Below, piece after piece: positions 45,179 through 53,600 of a DNA stretch of 64,000 nucleotides (positions within the stretch are counted from its first letter, which is position 1; each line of letters starts with the position of its first letter). The position numbers were made by a program, and so were the translations under genes. The notes below the pieces were generated by a model that did no database searches, was not told the DNA's origin, and saw only the letters and a program-made list of their open reading frames with translations. This stretch comes from an uncultured Candidatus Saccharibacteria bacterium (lineage in GTDB: Bacteria > Patescibacteriota > Minisyncoccia > UBA6257 > UBA9933): NCBI GenBank assembly GCA_964428615.1, contig CAYRXZ010000001.1:2334-66333 (forward strand), read 5' to 3'.

Positions 45179-47191
45179 TTATCTGGTTTCTGCGCCGAAT
45201 TTTAATTTAAGAATTTTTTTTATTTTTCCCATTTCATCACTTGCTTCTTTTTCTTTAAGAGTGCGGTCTTCAGCCTGAAAAATAATTCTAAAAGTCAGAC
45301 TTCGCTTGTTATTCACCTCATACTCATCAATCATATCTACGTCTTCAATATATTTTAAATTGGATTCCTGAATAAGTTTCATCATTTCTCCAACTTTCGC
45401 TGTCGGATTCACCAAAACCGAAATGTCGCGCATAATTGAAGGATATTTAGATAGTGGTCTATATTCGTGTTCTTCTTCAATTAATTCTAATAAAATATCC
45501 AAATTTATCTCGGCTAAAACTGCCTCGGCGCCGGAATAATCAACCCTGCCAATATAACCGATAATTTTATCTTTAGATTCAATTTCTAAAATTTCTCCCG
45601 AAATCAAATTGCCAACAAAATCATTGACCCAAGCTCCTTTCCCCGGCTCAGGCATCATATAATCAACCAATCCTATATTCTTAAACATATTTTCGATATT
45701 TCCTTTAAGTTCAAAGAAAATTTGCTTGTCTTTTTTTGAAGCAATTAAAATGCCTAAATTTAATTTTTCCGGAGTATTATCGTAAAAGACTTTACCAATT
45801 TCAAAAATTTTAATGCCGTCAAAAAATCTAAAATTGGATTCTATATTTTTAATAAGATTAGACGCCAAAGAAGGCCTCATATATTTCGCCTGATTACTAA
45901 TAGGGTTTTCAAGTTCCAATAATTTATTTTTCCACGCTGGATTTTTACTTAAATCATTCTCGCTAATAAAAGAATAATTTAAAACCTCATCAAACCCGAA
46001 ACCTACCAAAACTTTTCTTAATTTATCTTTAAAAACAATTTTGTCTTCAAAACCCGATGGATGAATGTGAATTTTAGGTGGCTGCGATTTTAATTTATTT
46101 AAACCATAGAGCCTAGTAATTTCTTCCACCAAATCTTCAAAAATTGAAATGTCTGAACGCCAAACTGGGACTTCCACTAAAAATATATTTTTTGTTTTGT
46201 CCGCCGGTTGACGAATTGTTTTTTGTATTATTTTAAATCCAAGTTTATCTAAATAATCACGGCAGACTTTCGCATTTAAATCAACACCAATTAATTTTTT
46301 AAATTTTTCAACGTCAAATTTAATTATTTTTCTACCCAGCTGTATATGATTAACATCAATAATTTTTCCGGCTTTCACGTCGATAATCTCTTCAAGTAAT
46401 TGTTTTGCTCTATTTAATCCAATTTGCGCCAAAGCCGGACTAATATTATGCGAAAAGATTACCGAAGCGTCTGTTGCAATTTTAAGAGATTTTGAAGCCC
46501 TATAAATGCCGGTACCGGCAAAATTCGCCGCTTCAATAACGATTCTTTTTGTATTGGCGGTCACTTCGGCGACTTTTCCTCCTTTTATTCCAGCAATAGC
46601 TAACGGATTTTTAGAGTCTGTAATTACTAAAATATTTTCGTTTAAATCGTAATTTTTATCATCAAGTGAAATTATTTTTTCACCTTTTTTCGCTTTTCGT
46701 ATAATAATCTTAGATTGCGAAAGTTTATCGTAATCAAAAGCGTGCAACGGCTGACCGGTTTCAAGCATAACGTAATTCATAATATCAACCACCGCACTTA
46801 TCGGCCGTAATCCGCATTCTTCTAAAATATCACGCATCCATTTCGGAGAAACGCCGGCTTTAACATTTTCAAAATACTGACCCATATAGCGCGGACACAA
46901 TTTTTTATCTTCTATTAAAACGCTAAAATTGGCCTTAGCAAAACCGTTTTTCAAAGACTTTAAATCAAAAATTGAAGAGGTAAACTTTTTGCCATAAATC
47001 GCCGAAGCTTCGCGGGCAATACCAATATGAGAAGCCGCATCTGAATATCTATTTGCCGGAAGAGCAATTTCAAAAGAATTCCCGCTCAAATCAACCGCCT
47101 CAAAAGCAAATTCATTTAACTTTTTAATCAAATCTTTTTTACTTTTTACGGCCGGTACCAATTTTTTAATTAGAGTATAAGAAAATTTCAT
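45179..47191 (-). CDS. pheT: Phenylalanyl-tRNA synthetase beta subunit (short form lacking N-terminal tRNA-binding domain)
   Basis: 670 aa; starts MKFSYTLIKKL like PheT, B3/4 and B5 domains, C-terminal FDX-ACB-like region. Confidence 0.8.
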   Translation of the reverse strand: MKFSYTLIKKLVPAVKSKKDLIKKLNEFAFEAVDLSGNSFEIALPANRYSDAASHIGIAREASAIYGKKFTSSIFDLKSLKNGFAKANFSVLIEDKKLCPRYMGQYFENVKAGVSPKWMRDILEECGLRPISAVVDIMNYVMLETGQPLHAFDYDKLSQSKIIIRKAKKGEKIISLDDKNYDLNENILVITDSKNPLAIAGIKGGKVAEVTANTKRIVIEAANFAGTGIYRASKSLKIATDASVIFSHNISPALAQIGLNRAKQLLEEIIDVKAGKIIDVNHIQLGRKIIKFDVEKFKKLIGVDLNAKVCRDYLDKLGFKIIQKTIRQPADKTKNIFLVEVPVWRSDISIFEDLVEEITRLYGLNKLKSQPPKIHIHPSGFEDKIVFKDKLRKVLVGFGFDEVLNYSFISENDLSKNPAWKNKLLELENPISNQAKYMRPSLASNLIKNIESNFRFFDGIKIFEIGKVFYDNTPEKLNLGILIASKKDKQIFFELKGNIENMFKNIGLVDYMMPEPGKGAWVNDFVGNLISGEILEIESKDKIIGYIGRVDYSGAEAVLAEINLDILLELIEEEHEYRPLSKYPSIMRDISVLVNPTAKVGEMMKLIQESNLKYIEDVDMIDEYEVNNKRSLTFRIIFQAEDRTLKEKEASDEMGKIKKILKLKFGAETR

Positions 47192-47193
47192 AT

Positions 47194-47628
47194 TTATTTA
47201 TCTTGCCACAAAATATGTAAAAAGGCAAAAACAGCCAAAGAAACGATTATGTCTAAAAATAATTCTTTTACAAACACAAAAGATAATATCAATGCAGGAT
47301 TTAAAAAAGCATAAAAAAACAGAACGGCAATTATAACGGCCGTCAAACTCCCGACAAGATAATGCCAGGGAATTAATTTTGCCACAACCACGGCTACTGC
47401 ACCAATAAGCGTAAAAACCAGAAGCTCTATTCCAAATCCCGAACTAAATTTTAATATCAAAACAGAAAACAAAATCAAAAAGAATCCTTCAAAAAAATTG
47501 ACGGCGAAAAAAGCCGACACAACAACCGCCACTAATGCCAAATTAGGAATTACACCAAAAACAGAAAGTCCATATGCTTGGATAATACTTAAAACCCCAA
47601 CTAATATAACAAGAGAAAAAAACTTCAT
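47194..47628 (-). CDS. mreD: Rod shape-determining protein MreD-like membrane protein
   Basis: 144 aa, 4-5 TM, immediately downstream of mreC. Confidence 0.35.
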   Translation of the reverse strand: MKFFSLVILVGVLSIIQAYGLSVFGVIPNLALVAVVVSAFFAVNFFEGFFLILFSVLILKFSSGFGIELLVFTLIGAVAVVVAKLIPWHYLVGSLTAVIIAVLFFYAFLNPALILSFVFVKELFLDIIVSLAVFAFLHILWQDK

Positions 47629-48272
47629 TTTAATAAAATTTCAACTTTCCTTAATGCACCAATATTAAAAGGAACTGCCAGAACCGCCTCTTTAAAAACC
47701 CCGGGCGCTGATTCTTTAATTTCTGATATTTCTCCCACTTTTAATTTTAATGGGAATCCCTGCCCAGCAGAATAAACAATATCACCAGTATTTATCGGTT
47801 TATCTTTTTCAATAAAAGTTATCCTTGGCTCATTCCCTCCCTGTAAAAGACCGCTTATTTCGTTTTCACCTATTCTCACAGGCAACTGCCAATCCGGGTC
47901 AAAAATCGTCTGAATAATGCTAGTATTTTTTGAAACCTTAATTATCTGACCCAATAAAATATTATTTCCAAAAAGCGCCGGCATTAAATTTTTTATGCCC
48001 TGCGCTTCACCGGCATCAACTACTATTTGATTTTTAATATTAAAGGGATATGTTGAAAAAACCTTAACTATGAGAATGTCGCTCTGTAAAACTATTACTC
48101 CGCAATTTCCCGTTTTTAACTCCTGAAGCTCAACTTTAAGATTTTCATTTTCTTTTTTAAGTTGAATATTTTCATCAAAAAAACGCTCTTTTTTTACAAA
48201 AAATCCCGTAAAAAAAACTACTATCGCTAAAATTATTATTGAGATAGTAAGTGTATGCCGCTTCATATCCAC
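47625..48272 (-). CDS. mreC: Rod shape-determining protein MreC
   Basis: 215 aa; N-terminal TM, coiled coil, beta domain ending GDIVYSAGQGFPLKLKVGEISEI (cf. GDxVVTSGLGGxFPxGLxIG). Confidence 0.55.
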   Translation of the reverse strand: MDMKRHTLTISIIILAIVVFFTGFFVKKERFFDENIQLKKENENLKVELQELKTGNCGVIVLQSDILIVKVFSTYPFNIKNQIVVDAGEAQGIKNLMPALFGNNILLGQIIKVSKNTSIIQTIFDPDWQLPVRIGENEISGLLQGGNEPRITFIEKDKPINTGDIVYSAGQGFPLKLKVGEISEIKESAPGVFKEAVLAVPFNIGALRKVEILLK

Positions 48273-48277
48273 TTATA

Positions 48278-48955
48278 CTAACGTATTTTCTTCAAAAAGG
48301 TCAATCTGTGGATTTTTGAGGAGCCGTGTTTTTTTATCATTTTTATATGCTCTTTTGTGCCATAACCCTTATTTTTTTCAAACCCGTATTGCGAATATTT
48401 TTTATGTAAATTTTTCATCTGTCTGTCCCGGCTCACTTTAGCGATAATTGAGGCAAGCGAAATTGCTGAAATTTTCTCATCGCCTTTTATTATTGTCCTG
48501 GATTTCAGATTCCAAGTTTTAAGTTTTAAGCTTTTCAGATATAGCCCCCCGTCTAAACAAACTTTGCAATTTTTAATTCTAAATTCTGAATTCTTAATTA
48601 AAAGTGTAAACGCTTTTCTCGCCGCCAAGTTCGCAGCTTCAGAAATATTTATTTTATCTATTGCCTTCGGAGAAACGCTTGCTATCGCATACTGTAGGCG
48701 TAATTCTTTTTTAGCGTATTTAAACCAAATCTCGCGCTGACTCGATGTTAATTTTTTAGAATCCCTTAGCTTCGCTAATTTAAAATTTAGAATTAAGGAT
48801 TTAGAATTTTTAGTTTTTTTCTTAATTCTTAATTCTGAATTCTTAATTCTTAATTTAGTCGGAACTGCGGTAGCAGCAACGACTACATTTCCCGCCAGCG
48901 CTCCCCTGCCAACTTCGTCTATCCCAATAATATATTTTTCTTTTTTAGAGGCCAT
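48278..48955 (-). CDS. rnhB: Ribonuclease HII carrying two in-frame heptamer-repeat inserts
   Basis: IGIDEVGRGALAGNVVVAA catalytic start; extra segments LRIKNSELRIKKK and IKNSEFRIKN encoded by heptamer repeats. Confidence 0.8.
   Translation of the reverse strand: MASKKEKYIIGIDEVGRGALAGNVVVAATAVPTKLRIKNSELRIKKKTKNSKSLILNFKLAKLRDSKKLTSSQREIWFKYAKKELRLQYAIASVSPKAIDKINISEAANLAARKAFTLLIKNSEFRIKNCKVCLDGGLYLKSLKLKTWNLKSRTIIKGDEKISAISLASIIAKVSRDRQMKNLHKKYSQYGFEKNKGYGTKEHIKMIKKHGSSKIHRLTFLKKIR
48512..48602. repeat. Two heptamer repeat blocks (YAAGTTT x4; WAATTCT x4) inside rnhB
   Basis: ccaagtt ttaagtt ttaagct tttcaga ... taattct aaattct gaattct taattaa. Confidence 0.6.
48776..48860. repeat. Heptamer repeat blocks (AATTTAG/AATTAAG and TCTTAAT x5) inside rnhB
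   Basis: aatttag aattaag gatttag aattttt ... tcttaat tcttaat tctgaat tcttaat tcttaat. Confidence 0.6.
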
Positions 48956-48977
48956 GAAATAATTTTAACACTTTCAA

Positions 48978-49014
48978 ATAAAAAAGCCCGCTTTTTCCTC
49001 CAAGAAAACGGGCT
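48978..49014 (-). terminator. Rho-independent terminator (AGCCCGctttttcctccaagaaaaCGGGCT flanked by A-run)
   Basis: Hairpin plus U-run on minus strand just downstream of 49043 stop. Confidence 0.45.
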
Positions 49015-49042
49015 ATCAATATCAAAAATGTTTTGTAATAAC

Positions 49043-49465
49043 TTATAAGTCTAAACTGGCACGCCATCGCGCGCCGAATTTTTTCCCAATATGAATCCGC
49101 CACGCGGAAAATTCAATTGCCCCAAGATTACCATTGGATAACCGATTCAACGCCTCAAACCACGGGCCTTGAGTGTCATACCCTCCTTCTTTCCTGATTT
49201 TTTCCGTGAGGATAACGATAGGGTTTTTCCCTTTGGCCGTCGCTTCATCAATGGAAACGCATCCAAACTTTTGGATGAATTCCGGCGTACAACACTTGTA
49301 ATAGTAACACCAGGCCGATGAAGCGCAAAACGGTACGGGAAGGGTAGATCCATTCTTTTTTTTGAAGTCGACGATAAGGCCAACTTCTTTTTCCACATCG
49401 GGCAAACATGCCCGACATGGCGCCTTAGAATAACATACGGGATTCTTTTTTTTCCGCATAAACAA
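49043..49465 (-). CDS. Cys-rich hypothetical protein (CX5CX2C ... CX4CX5CC) in GC-rich island
   Basis: 140 aa; 7 Cys incl. CYSKAPCRAC and CASSAWCYYYKCC; local GC clearly above window average. Confidence 0.3.
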   Translation of the reverse strand: MFMRKKKNPVCYSKAPCRACLPDVEKEVGLIVDFKKKNGSTLPVPFCASSAWCYYYKCCTPEFIQKFGCVSIDEATAKGKNPIVILTEKIRKEGGYDTQGPWFEALNRLSNGNLGAIEFSAWRIHIGKKFGARWRASLDL

Positions 49466-49470
49466 CCTCC

Positions 49471-49806
49471 TTATTTGACGAAGTATGTGGACTTGTTTTT
49501 TGATCTCCGACTGTCCGTCCCGCTTGATGTCAAAAACTTTCTTTGCGCCGAAGCAAAGGCTTTAAAGAATTCGTCTGCTGTAAGGTGTTTTGCATCAGCC
49601 CTAATTGAAAGATATTGGCGAGATTCAAAAGAAATCACCCCGCCACACTCTTCAATGAGGCAGTATAATGCCTCTCGCGCTTCTTTCTTCTCCTTTTCTA
49701 CTGCGGCAATAAAACCGCAGTTTGAAATCGTTGCGACATCGCGAGTACACCCAAAACTCCATGTCTCGCACCTATCCCTAAACGGACAAACAAATTCTTT
49801 TTCCAT
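49471..49806 (-). CDS. Cys-rich hypothetical protein (CX5CX6CX9C)
   Basis: 111 aa; CPFRDRCETWSFGCTRDVATISNC; 6-nt gap to downstream Cys-rich ORF suggests operon. Confidence 0.3.
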   Translation of the reverse strand: MEKEFVCPFRDRCETWSFGCTRDVATISNCGFIAAVEKEKKEAREALYCLIEECGGVISFESRQYLSIRADAKHLTADEFFKAFASAQRKFLTSSGTDSRRSKNKSTYFVK

Positions 49807-50058
49807 AAACTCCCCCTTTCAAATAGATTTTTTTATCTAAAAATAAAACATTTTTATCTAACAAAGATTGGTAATTTGCTACCGCCCATAATAACCCAAA
49901 AATAAATACTTGTCAAGAAATTATCCTTCCTTACTCCTTTTATATTTTAATTTTTTATAAAATTGACAAAATAGCAAAAATGTGATAAATTATTTTCAGT
50001 GAAATGGTAAGCACTTTGTATAATAAAATAACCCCAAAATACAGAAAGGAGACGCAAA

Positions 50059-50544
50059 ATGACGAAATGGCTTAAAGAAAGATTACCCACACTACTCAAG
50101 GAAGTCCCTTCAGACTTTCAAATGAAATTTTCGGAAAAATCCGAAAACGATGAATTTATCGGAGCGCTTTCTCCAGGTCTCGTTAAAATGGCGAGACTTT
50201 TCGCATGGCTCAATAAAAAGCTCATTGAGGGCTACGAGACACGACTTAGGACCAAATGTGATAAAGAGAGTTCCCGAAACTTCACCCAGGAACAAATGGA
50301 AACGGAAAACGATATGGATGCGGTGAGAGCCAATATATTCACGTCCCTCTGGCACGAGTTGGGTATTTATCCACAAATACAAACATCTCTAAAAATGGAC
50401 AGAGGCGCTATTGTCGCTGTTGTGCCTAAAAAAATTCCTGATCGCGACGCTAAAGTTACGGTTAACGTCGTTCAGATTTCCGGACCATTGCCAAGTATCG
50501 CGGACATCATCAGTGAAATGACCAAGCCACACCTCAACTCTTAA
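50059..50544 (+). CDS. Hypothetical protein (GC-rich island)
   Basis: 161 aa; no recognised domain; followed by strong terminator. Confidence 0.35.
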   Translation: MTKWLKERLPTLLKEVPSDFQMKFSEKSENDEFIGALSPGLVKMARLFAWLNKKLIEGYETRLRTKCDKESSRNFTQEQMETENDMDAVRANIFTSLWHELGIYPQIQTSLKMDRGAIVAVVPKKIPDRDAKVTVNVVQISGPLPSIADIISEMTKPHLNS

Positions 50545-50559
50545 CCGCCGTAAAGCAAC

Positions 50560-50606
50560 ACAGGCCGTCCTGTTTTTATAAACAGTTGCGGCCTTTTTTA
50601 TTTTTA
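50560..50606. terminator. Bidirectional rho-independent terminator (GGCCG..CTGTTTttatAAACAG..CGGCC + T6ATTTTT)
   Basis: Nested hairpin between convergent 50059..50544 (+) and giant gene (-, stop 50604). Confidence 0.5.
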
Positions 50607-53600
50607 TTCCCCAAAACCGATTTTTATATACCAATCTACGGCCGAATTGATATTTACCGAATCGTCTATATAGCTCCCAAAAGGAGAAACTTTTATAAAT
50701 ACCTGCCCCGATTCACCGCCGGAATAAACATCGCTTCCGCTAACCGCGCTCTGCCAAGAGTTTGAAAGTGAATCGCTATAAGAATGAAATGTATAACTTG
50801 AATTTTCCAAAACAAACCAATATTTAACTCCCGAGCTTAAAACAACGTTCGGCGAAAAGCTGAAAACCAAGTCGCGATTTTGCGGGTCGCCCGATAAACC
50901 TGAAATAGTCGAAGCTGAAATAAGGTTATTAAAATCCGGCTTATTCCCGTTATCACCAAAAACCGTAAGTTTTAAATTAAAACTCGCGCCACTATCTTGT
51001 GAATGTTTTACTTTTAAAATAACCTTATTAAATTCCAAGCTTTCTGCTAAAGTAATACTTTGAATATTTGCTGCGCTAATACCATTCCAATTCATTTGCC
51101 CAAAATTATTACTCCAACCGTCGTCAATTTCCTGAATTAGATTAAAATTAATTGGCGGGTATTCCCAATTTGTCGAAAGCGTTAATATTGAATAATTATT
51201 AAAATTATCTTTTACCATGACGCTTATTGAAAAACTTTCTCCAGGCGAAACGAATCTTGAAGTGCCTGTGGCGTTACCCGCCGAACCCCAGCTCTCGTCA
51301 TTGTATTTAATTTCGTAAACTAAAAGGCTATCCAGCGTATCGGCGTCCGTGGCTTTCGACCAAGAAAGGTTTAATTTGGAATTTACGCTATCAAAATTTT
51401 TGACGATTTCGCCATTAAAAATAGGGGTTTGACGTTTCGGTTCAATCCCAAAATAATATTTTGTTTTGTCCGTCGCGACCAATTGAAACTCCGGATTTAA
51501 ACCGTCAAAAGTCGGGATAGATGAAACAGAATAAAAAACAGCTGTCATAAAATCATTTTCATCAAGACTTAATTCCCCGCTTGATTTAACGGTTTTTATA
51601 ATAAAATGGTTGTCTTCCAATTGAGAAAAACTAAAAGACCTATTAACCGCGCCGCCAGGAAAACCGCTACAATTATTAATATCCGGCAAAATCAAAGAAT
51701 CCCCGCCTGTCCCGCCCGCGCATTGGCTATATCTTAACTCCAAAACATTAGTCAAATCATTCGGCCGCCAATAAGGATTATTTAAATCGTTTTTCGCGTC
51801 GCTATTCAAATAAAAAACTGCTATTTTCCACGTATTGCCCTTATTGAACAAATCCGGGATAAAAGGATATTGCTCGTAATACGCGTCTATCAAAATTTCG
51901 CTGTCTTGAGGACTTTGGTAAAAATATAAACCCGAAAAAAAACTCGGAATACTTATTGAAGAAGTCGCTTCGTCCGAACCAAAACCATCTTCATCAAACG
52001 CCTGAATAGAAAAATGGTAATCGCGGCCGACTTCGTTTATTGTAATTTTTTCCGTTGTTGATGTTGATTCCACTATTGGCAATGTCGCACTCGCATTACT
52101 AATATCAAAAATTTTATAAACTAAAGTTGAGGTGGCCCCTAAATAATCTTGCGATTCACTCCACTCAAAATTTAATTCCATTCTGCTTTGCGCGTATTGA
52201 ACGTTGAAATTTTCCGGTTTTGTCGGCGCAATTCTCGGCTCAGGCAAGCTTAAAGAATTTTGCGGATTAGGAATTTCGCGGGTGTCAAAATCCCCATCGC
52301 TATCGCTATCGCAACCGTTTCCGGAAAATTCTCCGCTCGATTGCGATCGAGCGCAAGCGTTATTTATCCACGCTTTTCGTTCTAAGCTCTGGTTTTCGCC
52401 GACAGAGGAATCATAAGAAATCGAATCTACTTCTCCGCCATTGTTATTAAACAAAAAGACAGTGCTTGAACTGTTAGACAACGAACTCGCCCTAACTATA
52501 TCCGCCGTAACGCTTCCAGTATAATTATTTAATCCTATCAAGAAAAATCCTTTGCTTTTTATCAAAATGTTATCTTCTTGTTTGGAACCGAATTTTGCCA
52601 AAAGCTTCGTTGATGTGGCATCGCCTGTTAAAATATTTAAAGAATAATTTGTCAGATCAATTTCGTTGTCTATTGGATTATATAATTCAATAAATTCTTT
52701 TCCTTCGTCGCTTCCTTGAGCATTAAAAAGAATTTCTGAAATTACAATATGATTTGCGCCCGCTAAAGAAACGGGGATGTTTGCCGTAACTGGAGTTGAG
52801 GAAACTCCTTGATTGTTGAAGACAACAAGACTTGTCTCATAACTCCCGAATCTTGAATAGATATGTGAAGCCACCGAACTTGAGGTGATTAATGTGCCGC
52901 CATCTCCAAAGCTCCACTCATAAGAAATAATTTGCCCATTAGAGTCAGTTGAAGAAGCGGCATTGAAATTTACAACTTGCCAGGCCTGGGGGCTCTCTGG
53001 AGAATAAACAAAAAAGGCGCTGGGCGCCTGATTTGACTGGCTTGTTTGAAGATTTTTGATTTTAAAATCGTTAGAATTGTTGTCTGTATCGACAAACACG
53101 TTATTTTGCAACTTTCTTTCAATACTTTGGTTTTCCGTTGGTTCCAGAGCACAAGAACTCTCGCAATCACTGGAATTGCCCCAACCAACTTTATCCACAA
53201 CATCACCGTTAGAATTTTTTATCTGAATAGAATTCGCCTCTGTAAGCGTTAGGCTGTCCAAGAAAATATCGGCATTCATATCTGAACGTGAAATTAAGAA
53301 AAAACTTTTTGCCGAAATTATTTTATTTTCAAAATAAGTTTTTGAAACGAGCGAAGAAAAAGAACTGCCAGTTTTAGTTTTTCTTTGAATATACCAATTA
53401 GTTAAGTTAATAGCTGAATCGTTTGGGTTATAAAGCTTAATAAATCTGTTCCCGGTTGGAGAAATTTGAACTTCGTTTATTAAAATTTTTATTACGTTTG
53501 ATTGCTGATTTTGATTTACTGATCCGCCACCAAAATAAACTGTTTGCACGGGCGCCGATGCCGTTGAATTTTCCGCTTTCGGCGTTCCATTCACAACACT

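Noticed and set aside
49475-49840. 121-aa plus-strand ORF antisense to the 111-aa Cys-rich ORF
   Set aside because: In the GC-richer island both strands give long ORFs. The minus-strand pair has regular Cys spacing and operon-like 6-nt spacing, so the plus ORF was deprioritised, but this call is uncertain.
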